A stretch of DNA of 64,000 bases, taken from a virus. The translations under genes and the position numbers were made by a program. The stretch lies in IMG/VR virus record IMGVR_UViG_3300035145_004174, positions 1-64,000 of that record. One strand, given 5' to 3'. Below, one piece after another: positions 1 to 10,272 of this stretch (its first letter is position 1; each line of letters starts with the position of its first letter). Under the pieces are notes generated by a model. The model made no database searches, was not told where the DNA came from, and worked only from the letters and a program-made list of their open reading frames with translations.

Positions 1-6
1 CTATAA

Positions 7-546
7 TCATGACCCTGTGCTACCAAAGCCTCCAGCTCCCCTTTGGGTTTCGTCTAGTTTTTTTGAGATAAAAATTTTAGGATGTACATGCTTTGAGAAA
101 ATCAATTGTCCTATTTTATCTCCTTTAGAATAAATCATACTCTCATCTATTCCCAATAAAAGGTTTTGGGAATCATTAATAATATAATAATTTTCTGGTT
201 GAGGTATGTATTTAAATCTTAGTTTAATAGTCTCTCTATATCCAGAGTCAATAACACCTACCGAATTACATAATGCAAGATTGTATTTGCTTATACTTGA
301 CCTAGGAAATACCTGAGTGAATATTTCGTAGTCTCCAAATTCATCTAAATCTGGTTGAATAGAGATGTTTGTATCGTATTCAAGGAAATAAATTTTTTTA
401 TAAAGTTTTCCTTGGTAGATGTCCCCAACTATCCTAGGATAATCTGCAGCAATTAAATCATAACCTGCATCTCCTTTGTTTTGGGGAGATACTATTTTTC
501 CTTTTGGAAGATTTTTATTTAAATCTAAACATATGTTAATTTTCAT
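7..546 (-). CDS. dut: Trimeric dUTPase
   Basis: Motifs AGYDL, PRSS, GVIDSGYR and C-terminal RGAGGFGSTG. Confidence 0.95.
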   Translation of the reverse strand: MKINICLDLNKNLPKGKIVSPQNKGDAGYDLIAADYPRIVGDIYQGKLYKKIYFLEYDTNISIQPDLDEFGDYEIFTQVFPRSSISKYNLALCNSVGVIDSGYRETIKLRFKYIPQPENYYIINDSQNLLLGIDESMIYSKGDKIGQLIFSKHVHPKIFISKKLDETQRGAGGFGSTGS

Positions 547-853
547 TTTCTTTTTTCATTAAATTTATAATTTTATTATACTTTGAAGATAGATCATACA
601 TACCTGCATTAGCTAGTACATCTGGAGTATAAAGCATGTAACAATCGTCAACAACCTCCATTTTTTCCAAAATGGAGGAAATATCAAGAACTGTTATGTT
701 CGGAGCTAAGTTTAATTCTTTTCCGAATTTTTTATTGGACATTTCTACGGCTATAGCTGCCGCATCAGCTTCATCGGTTGTTTTCACCATGCATTCCCAA
801 TTTGCACAGCTTACATAGAATGCCTTTTTTCCGTCTTCCTTATTTTCTATCAT
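536..853 (-). CDS. Hypothetical protein
   Basis: 105 aa ORF overlapping the dut start; sigma70-like promoter upstream. Confidence 0.75.
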   Translation of the reverse strand: MIENKEDGKKAFYVSCANWECMVKTTDEADAAAIAVEMSNKKFGKELNLAPNITVLDISSILEKMEVVDDCYMLYTPDVLANAGMYDLSSKYNKIINLMKKENEN

Positions 854-971
854 TGCTGATCAATTTAATCTGTTTTCCCGAAAAATCAACCCTTTTTTTT
901 TATTTTATATAATTAAATCATATTGAATAATATATAAATTCTATGATTATATATTATTAATATATTATATA
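854..971. promoter_or_regulatory. Divergent AT-rich promoter region
   Basis: Minus strand TTGATT-N16-TAAATT just upstream of ATG 853; almost pure A/T tract before ATG 972. Confidence 0.5.
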
Positions 972-1862
972 ATGGAAGAAATTAAGATATGTTTTATTGA
1001 CGATTCCGTCTCTGTCGTAGGGGGGACCAGTTTAACTATCGATGCTATAGTTGAACCTAATATCAAGAACGTGGATTTCGTAAGCACTAGGGAATTCTCA
1101 CTTAAGAATCTATTTTCTGATTATGATTTTTTTATCTTAGGCAACCTGACTTCCTTTACTAAAAATTCTCTCGATGCAATTTTACACATGATGGAGCAGA
1201 AACCTTTTTGCAAGATAGAGTTTGATTATGGTTATTGCGAATATAGAGGAACGATACCGCATAAAATCATAGCGGGCGAAGATTGCTCCTGTCCTTTCGG
1301 AGATAGTGGAAATTTAGTTTTTTCTAAAATATATTCATTAGTCAAGAGTAATTCACTTCATACATTTTACATGTCTGGAGCTCAAATGAAAATTCATTCA
1401 AGACAATTAAACTGGGACGACCATACAAGAAAAAGTGTTCTTTCTTCTTGCTTTACTTCGGAAACTCTCTCATTATTCAAAGAACTTAAGAAAAAAAACA
1501 AAAACAACAAATATGCCATAATAGATGGTCAAGGAGGTTGGCACACACAAGCCAAAGGAATAAAAGAAAGCATAGAGTACGCAAAAGCCAATAATATTGA
1601 ATACGATCTAATAAAAACAGAAACACACAAAGAAATGCTTCACTTATTGTCTCAGTACAAAGGTTTAATATTCCTCCCTATAATAGAAGATACTTGCCCT
1701 AGGGTCACTATTGAGGCTAGATACATGGGATTGGATGTTATTACTAATAATAATTCACAACACATAAAAGAAGATTGGTGGAAAGCTGACGACTCTCACG
1801 CTTTTCATTTTACAAAATCTAGACCTAATTATTTCTGGAAAATTTTAAAATGTTTAAAATAG
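972..1862 (+). CDS. GT-B fold glycosyltransferase (GT4-like)
   Basis: N-terminal GGTS motif, KG motif, C-terminal EDTCPRVTIEARYMG (ExF/CxxxxxEAxxxG). Confidence 0.7.
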   Translation: MEEIKICFIDDSVSVVGGTSLTIDAIVEPNIKNVDFVSTREFSLKNLFSDYDFFILGNLTSFTKNSLDAILHMMEQKPFCKIEFDYGYCEYRGTIPHKIIAGEDCSCPFGDSGNLVFSKIYSLVKSNSLHTFYMSGAQMKIHSRQLNWDDHTRKSVLSSCFTSETLSLFKELKKKNKNNKYAIIDGQGGWHTQAKGIKESIEYAKANNIEYDLIKTETHKEMLHLLSQYKGLIFLPIIEDTCPRVTIEARYMGLDVITNNNSQHIKEDWWKADDSHAFHFTKSRPNYFWKILKCLK

Positions 1863-2569
1863 TAATACCGTGCCACGGAAATAAATCTAATAATTTAGAA
1901 TCTCTTATTTCTAGCATAGAAAACCAAAAGCACTCTACCAAACTTGAGTATTATTTCTTAGAGGATCAAATAGACAAAGACTATAAGAATAAAATTACAG
2001 AATTTTGCAGTGGTTCTGAAAAAAGTTTTTTTATAGAAAATACTTACGGAACTAAGCTTTATGGAATTTATAATATTTATAGATTCTTATCAAGATTGAA
2101 TTCCGATTGTTTTATTGGGGTTATAGATTGCGACGACCACCTTTGGGGTAACGACTGCATTAGTAATATAAAATTAGAATACGATAAAGGGTTCGATTGT
2201 GTTTGGACTGCAAATGAACTGAAAGGTATTGGCGTTAATTTCTCTGGTCCTTTGGCTCATGATTGCGATGTATATTCCCACCCTTGGGTTTCAAGCCATT
2301 TCAAGACATTCAAACTTTCTGATTTCAAAAAAGTTCCTGAGTCTAATTTTAAAGATAAAGAGGGTAAATGGTTTGATTCTTGTTATGACCAAGCCTTAAT
2401 GTTGCCTATTTTGCATAATGTATTTAAGAGGGGTGGTACCACTAAATACATAAATAAAATTCATTATATATACAACGGAACATTAAACCCAGACGCGGAG
2501 TCAAAATACAGAATATCTCAACTTGAAAACGAGCACTTTATTAGATCTAGGGGGTATTTGAATGAGTGA
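1850..2569 (+). CDS. Glycosyltransferase family 2
   Basis: IVIPCH start, SI..Q, DCDD (DxD) motif, WVSSHFKTF, DQALM. Confidence 0.8.
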   Translation: MFKIVIPCHGNKSNNLESLISSIENQKHSTKLEYYFLEDQIDKDYKNKITEFCSGSEKSFFIENTYGTKLYGIYNIYRFLSRLNSDCFIGVIDCDDHLWGNDCISNIKLEYDKGFDCVWTANELKGIGVNFSGPLAHDCDVYSHPWVSSHFKTFKLSDFKKVPESNFKDKEGKWFDSCYDQALMLPILHNVFKRGGTTKYINKIHYIYNGTLNPDAESKYRISQLENEHFIRSRGYLNE

Positions 2570-3476
2570 TTTTTATATTAATAATTATTCAAATACAGAT
2601 GGGCCTTCTATATTTTCCAATCGCCTTAAAATTGAATTAGAAAACCAAGGTCATAAATTTAATGATCAATCGTACAATAGATTATTAATAACAAACGGAA
2701 ATATTGTAGAAAATAAATTTAATATACTAAGGCTTGATGGATTGTATCTAGACTCTGGTAATACACTTGGCCCGAATGAAGAGTTGAACCGACCTATCTT
2801 TGAATGTTACAAAAAATCTGACCATATTATTTTTCAATCAGAATACGCTCGTAATGTATACGAAGCTTTTACTGGTGAAAAAAAATCTAACTCTATTATC
2901 TATAACGGGGTAGAAGATATATTTTTTACAAATAATGAATCTATAGATAAGCCATATGGTTTTGAAAAAGTAGTTATAGCTTCGTCTAAATGGAGGAGGC
3001 ATAAAAGAATCGAAGAGTGTATTGAAGCTTTTAAGGACAAAAGATTAAAAGATGTTGCCCTAGTTATTCTTGGCGGTTATTCAAATGTAGATCTTCCAAA
3101 TGTTTTTAGTTTACCTATGATAAATCCTGTTGATTTACCCAGGTATTATAAAATGGCCGATGTGATGATTCACTTGTGTTGGTTAGATTGTTGCCCTAAT
3201 TCTGTCGTAGAAGCATTGGCTTGCGGAGTTCCTGTTGTTTGCAGTCACAATGGGGGAACAAATGAGTTAGTTAAACAAGATGGGGTGATATTAAAATTAG
3301 AAGAAGATTATGAATACGGATCTCTTGTTGATTTATATAATCCTCCTAAAGTTTCTATTGACTCTATTGTAGATGGAGTAATAAAATGCCTTGATATAAA
3401 ACAAATTAATCCTAGGTTAGATTTAAATATATCTAATACAGCAAAACAATACTCCAGTCTATTTAAAAATGAATAA
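2562..3476 (+). CDS. Glycosyltransferase family 4
   Basis: IYNGV, HKR, DCCPNSVVEALACGVPVV..GGTNE. Confidence 0.9.
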   Translation: MSDFYINNYSNTDGPSIFSNRLKIELENQGHKFNDQSYNRLLITNGNIVENKFNILRLDGLYLDSGNTLGPNEELNRPIFECYKKSDHIIFQSEYARNVYEAFTGEKKSNSIIYNGVEDIFFTNNESIDKPYGFEKVVIASSKWRRHKRIEECIEAFKDKRLKDVALVILGGYSNVDLPNVFSLPMINPVDLPRYYKMADVMIHLCWLDCCPNSVVEALACGVPVVCSHNGGTNELVKQDGVILKLEEDYEYGSLVDLYNPPKVSIDSIVDGVIKCLDIKQINPRLDLNISNTAKQYSSLFKNE

Positions 3477-4293
3477 TATAGAATTTTTCTTTCAACACTT
3501 GTGTGAATACTATAACGTAACTATCGAAGATGCTATAGATTTATCAACCAGAAAAACTGGTAGAAAGCCTAGTTTACCTGGATCAAAAACATGCGACCCT
3601 GTCTCTGGAATGAATCTTGAAGAAATTTGGGATTCACAAGAAAGAGATTCGGAAGAATCTATTTTTAAATTTTACAAAGATCAAGGAGCTTGGAGTGCAT
3701 TCAGGCAATGCATGAGACTATCTCAAGCTGTCGGTGCATACCAGAATTACCTATTAAATGTAATTGAAAGATTGGATACTCAATTTAAAATCGGAAGAAC
3801 TGTTTCTATATGTGAATATGGATGTGGGACTGCCCCATTCGGATTCCTTCTTCTCAACCTATTAAAACCAGATATTAAAATTAATTTTTATATATCGGAT
3901 GTTGACTGCGAGCATTTAAACTTTGGAGAATGGAGGTTGAATCAAATCAAGAAGCATAGAAAACTAGAAAATGTAAAAATTATAAAAAAGCTCGTCGAAC
4001 CTAATTCCTTGCCGACTTATGAAGATAAATTGGATGCTGTATTTATATTTGAAGTCTTAGAGCATGTCCCCAGCCCAATTGCCACAACATTAAATTTAAT
4101 AAACCAAATAAACTCTGGCGGGTTCTTTATAGAAAATTTCATAAAGCATGAAGATGAAAAAGGGCGTTGCGACCTACCTTCCTCCCAAAAAGAAAGGTCT
4201 GAATGTCTTGAATATTTAGATAAAAATCTTAATTTGTTCATGGGAGAGACTGAAAGTAAATCTCCAAATGGAACTAGAATTTGGATGAAGTAA
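3469..4293 (+). CDS. Class I SAM-dependent methyltransferase
   Basis: EYGCGTA motif I; FEVLEHVPSP. Confidence 0.85.
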   Translation: MNNIEFFFQHLCEYYNVTIEDAIDLSTRKTGRKPSLPGSKTCDPVSGMNLEEIWDSQERDSEESIFKFYKDQGAWSAFRQCMRLSQAVGAYQNYLLNVIERLDTQFKIGRTVSICEYGCGTAPFGFLLLNLLKPDIKINFYISDVDCEHLNFGEWRLNQIKKHRKLENVKIIKKLVEPNSLPTYEDKLDAVFIFEVLEHVPSPIATTLNLINQINSGGFFIENFIKHEDEKGRCDLPSSQKERSECLEYLDKNLNLFMGETESKSPNGTRIWMK

Positions 4294-5216
4294 TGATTTT
4301 CTATTTTAATAGAATACCACTGAACTCTCCATGGGGAGGAGGTAATCAATTTTTGCAATCAATGATTGATTTTTTTAAAATAAAAGGTCACACCGTAGTC
4401 CACGACCTAGTTCCAAACATTGACTGGATATTCACAATCGACCCTAGGCCTAGAGAGCAAGGAGTGGGAATTAACGAAATTCATAATTACAAATTAAAAA
4501 ACCCTAATGTTAAAATTTTTTATAGGGTTAATGAATGTGATAAAAGAAAAAATACACATGGAATGGATGAGCTGATATATCATATGGTTTCCATTTCAGA
4601 TAAGGTTGTTTTTATTAGTGACTGGCTTAAAAAATATTTTTTTAGATTGGGAGTAAATAAAGAATCTCATGTAATTACAAATGGATGTAATCATGATCAT
4701 TTTTACCCTAAAGACCATTCTGGGTTTACAGAAAAAATAAAATTAGTAACTCACCACTGGTCAGATAACTGGTTAAAAGGTTTTGATATTTATCAAAAAA
4801 TAGACGAATATATCTCAAATAACCCAGAATGCCCCTTTGATTTCTACTACATAGGAAATCATAATAATTCGTACAAACCAAATTCTACTAAATTAATAAG
4901 TCCAACATGTGGCAAAGAATTAGGAGATTTATTGCGCCAATTTGATCTTTATGTTACTGCTAGCAGATGGGAGCCTGGAGGAATGCATCATATAGAAGCT
5001 GCATCCTGCGGCTTGCCTATTCTTTATCATAAGGATGGCGGAGGAATAAATGAATTAGCAAGTTTACACGGAGAAGAGTTTGGTGATTTCGAAGAGTTTT
5101 TATATAAATTCAATATTTTAAAATCTAATTATCTAAAATATCGCAACGAAATAAATTATAATAATTTATCTTCATATACTTGTTGTGAAAAATTTTACAA
5201 TTTAATTTGTAATTAA
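4293..5216 (+). CDS. Glycosyltransferase family 4
   Basis: PWGGGNQF, ITNG, KGFD, EPGGMHHIEAASCGLP; ATG overlaps upstream TAA. Confidence 0.88.
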   Translation: MIFYFNRIPLNSPWGGGNQFLQSMIDFFKIKGHTVVHDLVPNIDWIFTIDPRPREQGVGINEIHNYKLKNPNVKIFYRVNECDKRKNTHGMDELIYHMVSISDKVVFISDWLKKYFFRLGVNKESHVITNGCNHDHFYPKDHSGFTEKIKLVTHHWSDNWLKGFDIYQKIDEYISNNPECPFDFYYIGNHNNSYKPNSTKLISPTCGKELGDLLRQFDLYVTASRWEPGGMHHIEAASCGLPILYHKDGGGINELASLHGEEFGDFEEFLYKFNILKSNYLKYRNEINYNNLSSYTCCEKFYNLICN

Positions 5217-5227
5217 ATTTTCAAGCT

Positions 5228-6034
5228 ATGGGAATGGGAGGGCATTTAATGTGGACTGCGGTTGCAAGAAACATTCGCAATCACACAGATAAAATATGTG
5301 TCCCACTTGAGGGTCACAATTTTTGCAAAAGTGATATATTTTATAATAACCCAAATTTTTCATATAATGGAGATTTTTTATTAGACCTATCCTTACCTCA
5401 AACGAACTACATAAAAGAAGATGGTGCTGTTGTAAAATTTGCTTGCCCCAAAAAACATGCCATAGTTCATGCCCTCAATTTTTATGGCATACATAACAAT
5501 GTAGATTTAAAATGTGAATTATTTTTAACTAAAGAAGAAGATTTGATCTCCCAAAGTGTCACATCAAACCTTCCTAAAAAATATGCATGCATTGAACCTC
5601 ATTCCAAAACAAGCTGGATGCAGTCTAGGCTGTATTCTTTTGAGAAATATCAAAATGTAGTAAATGCTTTGAAAGATCAAATAACCTTTGTTCAGATAGG
5701 GGCTAAAGGTGCCCCACGATTAGATAATGTAATATATATTAACGGATTATTAAGTTTTAGGCAGACTTACAATGTACTTAAAAATTCTAATTTCTTTTTG
5801 TCTACCGAAGGAGGGTTGGTTCATTTATCTAACAGTGCTGGCACCAGATCTTTTGTTATTTACACTAGTTATCAATTTCCAGAAATGACAATGTATCCAG
5901 ATAATTTTTTGATAGATATATCTTTATATAGGAATCAAATATTAGGCCACAAAAACAACCCTTTGTATTTAGACGAAATAGAAAAGCACGACGAGAATTC
6001 TATTATAGATTTAATTCAAAAAGAGAAGCTATGA
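5228..6034 (+). CDS. GT9 (heptosyltransferase-like) glycosyltransferase
   Basis: GMGGHLM..AV start, FVQIG, EGGLVHLSNS. Confidence 0.75.
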   Translation: MGMGGHLMWTAVARNIRNHTDKICVPLEGHNFCKSDIFYNNPNFSYNGDFLLDLSLPQTNYIKEDGAVVKFACPKKHAIVHALNFYGIHNNVDLKCELFLTKEEDLISQSVTSNLPKKYACIEPHSKTSWMQSRLYSFEKYQNVVNALKDQITFVQIGAKGAPRLDNVIYINGLLSFRQTYNVLKNSNFFLSTEGGLVHLSNSAGTRSFVIYTSYQFPEMTMYPDNFLIDISLYRNQILGHKNNPLYLDEIEKHDENSIIDLIQKEKL

Positions 6035-6972
6035 ATTTTATTTTAAGACAAATGTCTCATATTAGATATATGATCCCCTTAATTATTGAAGGTAATTATA
6101 GAGGTATAAAATCAACTATTTATTGGCAGTCCTGTGGTAAATACAATTCACCACATCTATATGTAGATGTTTTAAAAAATTTATCAAAAAAGTTTTGCTT
6201 CACTTTAATTAATTCTGACTCAGGAAACTTAAATGGAATAACTTTTAATGTAGAAGGAGATGGCATAGGAAATTTTCAAACAGAAAAGTTGGTAATACTG
6301 ACTAACATGACTGATTTCCATATTGGTCATAAAAGATATTGGGACAAAATAGATAAGTGCATTTTCCCTTCTAAATATTTTGCTTCTTTAGCGGGAAGAG
6401 AACTTGATTCTAAATCTCTTTTTTTAGGTAGCCCTAAATACGATGTAACTTTAGACAAAAAAGATATTTATAAAAAATATAATCTTAATGAAGATTATAA
6501 ATATGCATTTATGCCTCTTCCAAGAGCAAGGGATTATCATAATATGAATATAAATAATTTATGTTCCTTAATTAAGGATATGGGGTATAAAGTTATAACC
6601 AAAACCAGAGGAAAAGATAACTGCTCAGCTAAATCCGACCTTCATTTGGTTGACTTTTCGTGGTATCCCCATGACAGTATGGAGCTTATGTCCGTTTCAG
6701 ATTTCGTAATTAACTTTGATTCGACTTCAATAAAAGAATGTATAAAATTAAAAAAGAAAGTATTGAACTACAACATAAAACCTTTTCAGCAATTATTGCC
6801 AGTTTTCTATGAATCAAAATCAGTACTAAACGTTAAAAAAGATTTTGATCTAAACAATGAGCTTAGAATTAAAAAACTCCTTGAGTCTCCTTACGATTTT
6901 GATTACTATATAGATCAGTATTTGTTTACAGGGAATTCGTCCAAAAGAATTATAGATTATTTTTTTAAATGA
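6031..6972 (+). CDS. GT-B protein, CDP-glycerol glycerophosphotransferase/capsule-synthesis-like; candidate nonulosonate transferase
   Basis: LGSPKYD and ELMSVSDFVINFDSTSIKE motifs; coupled to neuA. Confidence 0.55.
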   Translation: MNFILRQMSHIRYMIPLIIEGNYRGIKSTIYWQSCGKYNSPHLYVDVLKNLSKKFCFTLINSDSGNLNGITFNVEGDGIGNFQTEKLVILTNMTDFHIGHKRYWDKIDKCIFPSKYFASLAGRELDSKSLFLGSPKYDVTLDKKDIYKKYNLNEDYKYAFMPLPRARDYHNMNINNLCSLIKDMGYKVITKTRGKDNCSAKSDLHLVDFSWYPHDSMELMSVSDFVINFDSTSIKECIKLKKKVLNYNIKPFQQLLPVFYESKSVLNVKKDFDLNNELRIKKLLESPYDFDYYIDQYLFTGNSSKRIIDYFFK

Positions 6973-7550
6973 AAATTAACGTTATTATTCCAGCCAGAGG
7001 TGGCAGCAAAAGGCTTTTGAATAAAAACATACATCCTGTTTGGGGCAAGCCTATGATATACTGGGCTATAAAATCTGCTTTAAATTTAAACAAATGGCAC
7101 GAAACCAAAGTTTGGGTAAGCTCTGATAGTTTAGAAATATTAGATGTCGCAAAAGAATTTGGAGCTAATACTATATTAAGGTCGAAGAATCTTTCTGGAG
7201 ACTTGGTCTTTAAGCAGGCTGCCATAAGAAATGCAGCATTGGATATTTCCAAAACAGACCCGAGCGACTTATGGGTATCCTTGCAGGCTAACTCTCCAGA
7301 AATTTCTGAAGTACATCTTAAGCAAGCTATTGATGTATTAGTAGAAAATGAAAGAGATGAGATATTTTCTGTTGACTCTAATTTTATGCAGAATGCAGCG
7401 TTTAGAATATTTAAGGGGGGTTATGTCTTTCAAGAAGATTTAAGTACAAATTGTGGGGTAATAGTTTGCGATATCCAAGATGTTCATACAATAGATGATA
7501 TTAAGTTTATAGAATCAAAACCGTCAACAAGAATAATTAATTGGTCGTAA
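6969..7550 (+). CDS. neuA: Acylneuraminate cytidylyltransferase (CMP-nonulosonate synthetase)
   Basis: IIPARGGSKRL..KNI...GKPMI, VSSD, LQANSP, DVHT..D. Confidence 0.9.
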   Translation: MKINVIIPARGGSKRLLNKNIHPVWGKPMIYWAIKSALNLNKWHETKVWVSSDSLEILDVAKEFGANTILRSKNLSGDLVFKQAAIRNAALDISKTDPSDLWVSLQANSPEISEVHLKQAIDVLVENERDEIFSVDSNFMQNAAFRIFKGGYVFQEDLSTNCGVIVCDIQDVHTIDDIKFIESKPSTRIINWS

Positions 7551-8182
7551 TGAATAATAAAAAATCAAAATATTACTGGGGAAGTGATGTGGCACATGGA
7601 ACCTATCTCTATAATGATAAAAACTCATGGAAGGGTCTCCAACTTGAGTTTTTGTTCGAATTTATAAAAAATAATTTTAAGTTTTCTGATGGCACAAAGT
7701 GTCTTGATATTGGATGTAATGCTGGTCTTAATTTAAAAACATTCAAAGAGAAATATGATCATGTGGATAATAAGTATATTGGATTTGATTTGAACGATAC
7801 AGCACTAACTTTAGCTAGACAAAATCTGCCCGATGGCGAATTTAAAAAATGCAATTTTCTATTAGAGAATCCAATTAAGTCATATAGCGATGATTCTTTT
7901 GATATTTGTTTCTCAACATGGGTCTTAACACACCTTAATATTTCAGACGAAAGGGAAAATTTAATTAAGGATATGGTTCGAACATCGAAAAGAGGTATTA
8001 TCTACGAAGCATATGCAGAGAAGTGCGGCCTAGATTACCCTCCAAAATATTCGGAAAAAAGTAAGCCAGATAATTTTAATGTTGTGGTTTACGATGACTA
8101 TAGAAGGTATTCTAACTTAATTATGATTCACGAACTTCAATACGAAAATTGTTCCAAGTTATATTATTGGGATAAAACATGA
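7550..8182 (+). CDS. Class I SAM-dependent methyltransferase
   Basis: LDIGCNAG, GFD, FDICFS.WVL.H. Confidence 0.85.
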   Translation: MNNKKSKYYWGSDVAHGTYLYNDKNSWKGLQLEFLFEFIKNNFKFSDGTKCLDIGCNAGLNLKTFKEKYDHVDNKYIGFDLNDTALTLARQNLPDGEFKKCNFLLENPIKSYSDDSFDICFSTWVLTHLNISDERENLIKDMVRTSKRGIIYEAYAEKCGLDYPPKYSEKSKPDNFNVVVYDDYRRYSNLIMIHELQYENCSKLYYWDKT

Positions 8183-8201
8183 GTTGATTTTAAAAAATAG
8201 T

Positions 8202-8903
8202 ATGTCAATATATATTATAAGTGAGTTATGCGGTCAATGGGGAGGATCTATTGACAAAGCAAAAAAAATGATAGATCAATCTGCTGATTGCGGGGCTGAT
8301 GCCGTTAAAGTTCAACTCTATGATACTTACAGGATGCCTGGAGAAAATAGACATAAATGGGAATACCTCTCTATGTCTAAAGATGTTTTCCTGGAATTAA
8401 AAGATTATTCTGAGGAAAAAGGTCTTGATTATTTTGCATCAGCTTTTCATGAAGATAGATTTCAATGGGTTTTAGATTCTGGATTGAAAACAAATAAAAT
8501 AGCTAGCATTCTTATTGAAAATGATTTTGATCTTTGCTCTAAAATGTTAGATTCTGGATTAAAAACTTATCTATCATTAGGAAAGTGGACAAAAAAATCC
8601 TTACCCTTTCATCAGCTCAACAATGTTGATTATTTGCATTGTGTTTGTAAATATCCACATTCAGTTAATGAAGCGAAAAAATTAATGCCTAAGCGCTTTG
8701 GCGACAGATTAGTAGGTTATAGCGATCATACAACAGGCATTGAATCATGTAAGCTTGCAATAGAAAGAGGGGCAACTGTAATTGAAAAACATTTTACATT
8801 AAATCGCAGCTCGCAATGTGATACTGAAAGTGCTCATATATGTTCAATGGACCACAAAGAGCTACTAGAATTAAGAAGTCATTGTGATACGAGATATAAA
8901 TAA
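8202..8903 (+). CDS. neuB: N-acetylneuraminate (nonulosonate) synthase family, no C-terminal SAF domain
   Basis: IISE, GADAVKVQ, KIAS, LHCV..YP, GYSDHT, IEKHFTL. Confidence 0.9.
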   Translation: MSIYIISELCGQWGGSIDKAKKMIDQSADCGADAVKVQLYDTYRMPGENRHKWEYLSMSKDVFLELKDYSEEKGLDYFASAFHEDRFQWVLDSGLKTNKIASILIENDFDLCSKMLDSGLKTYLSLGKWTKKSLPFHQLNNVDYLHCVCKYPHSVNEAKKLMPKRFGDRLVGYSDHTTGIESCKLAIERGATVIEKHFTLNRSSQCDTESAHICSMDHKELLELRSHCDTRYK

Positions 8904-9567
8904 TATTTTAATAATAGCAGCTCATCAAGACGATGAAACTATAGGTTGCGGTGGGTCTATTAAAAAGTGGCATCTAGAAAATAAAACAATAAATTTAGTC
9001 TTATTTACGGACGGCAGCACAGGGATAGATCAACTAAATTTATATGATTCTATTACTGAGGTTAGAAATAAAGAATTGGATACAGTAAAAAGTATATTAG
9101 GCATAAATAAAGTCGTAACTTTAAATGAAAAATGTCAAAGTATTGAAAATAGCCAGAATACATTCCATAAAATAATTAAATTAATTAGAGAATATAAGCC
9201 CGACTTAATCATAACACATTCAAATATAGATAAACATAGAGACCATAGAACTATAAACGAAATAGTTACAGAAGCTTGCTGGAAGGCTCAGGAAAATATT
9301 CATCCTGAATTAGGCAAACAACATAAAATAAAAGACTTATGGGCATTTGAGGTAACAGATTTACTCCCTAAAGTAGATTATGTAGTAGACATCACAGACA
9401 CCTATCATTATAAAATTAAAGCTATGGATACCTATAACTCCCAGCATAACATAATGAAAGGAATTAATAACCATTTAAAAGGCATGGCATTATGTCGAGG
9501 TTATATGATAGAAAAAATGTATGGAGAGGCTTTTGTAAGGATATCAAAACAGCCAGTTATATTGTGA
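8884..9567 (+). CDS. PIG-L/LmbE family N-deacetylase
   Basis: AHQDDETIGCGG, D.HRDH, K..AM..Y.SQ. Confidence 0.9.
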   Translation: MIRDINNILIIAAHQDDETIGCGGSIKKWHLENKTINLVLFTDGSTGIDQLNLYDSITEVRNKELDTVKSILGINKVVTLNEKCQSIENSQNTFHKIIKLIREYKPDLIITHSNIDKHRDHRTINEIVTEACWKAQENIHPELGKQHKIKDLWAFEVTDLLPKVDYVVDITDTYHYKIKAMDTYNSQHNIMKGINNHLKGMALCRGYMIEKMYGEAFVRISKQPVIL

Positions 9568-10265
9568 AAAATATAATAATAACCTCTACTCAACCTAGGC
9601 ATAATTATTATGCAGGTATGTTGTGTGAAAATATTAATATAGATTATATTATATGGGAGGATAAACCTGAATCGGGTGGAGTTTTTAAAGATTTTAACAA
9701 TAAAGAAAAGCTTAAATTTGATAAATATTTAGATTTTAAATTTAAATGCCCTCAATTAAATTTGAAAAAAGGCGAAATTAATAATCCCCCCACGATAGAT
9801 AGAATAAAAGATATAAACCCTGACATTATATTTGTTTTTGGTAGTAGTTTATTAAAACCAGAAGTTTTTAATCTGGCCAAAAAAGGCTGTATAAATATAC
9901 ACACAAGTTTAGTTCAATATTTCAGAGGGGTCGATAGTTCTTTTTGGGCAATTCATGATGAGCGGCCAGAAGCTATAGGAGCGACCCTTCATTTTATAAA
10001 CAATACTATAGACGCAGGGGACATAATAGACCAAAAACAAGCAAGCTTGTCTATAGATGACAATTTAGATGATCTATTTTTAAAATCATGCGAATGTGGG
10101 TTTAATATGTTATTAGATAATTTAAAAGATATCGTAAACCAAAAAACAAAAACAAAAAGTCTATCTAAGTTGGGAAAGTTATACACACTTAAAGATATGA
10201 ACAATCATGTAAAACAGATTGCCCAAGACAAAACATTTGACGTTCTAAAAAAATATATAAAATAA
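9564..10265 (+). CDS. Formyltransferase (Formyl_trans_N family)
   Basis: INIHTSLVQYFRG, GATLH, IDAGDII; GTG start overlapping upstream TGA. Confidence 0.85.
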   Translation: MKNIIITSTQPRHNYYAGMLCENINIDYIIWEDKPESGGVFKDFNNKEKLKFDKYLDFKFKCPQLNLKKGEINNPPTIDRIKDINPDIIFVFGSSLLKPEVFNLAKKGCINIHTSLVQYFRGVDSSFWAIHDERPEAIGATLHFINNTIDAGDIIDQKQASLSIDDNLDDLFLKSCECGFNMLLDNLKDIVNQKTKTKSLSKLGKLYTLKDMNNHVKQIAQDKTFDVLKKYIK

Positions 10266-10272
10266 TTTATTT

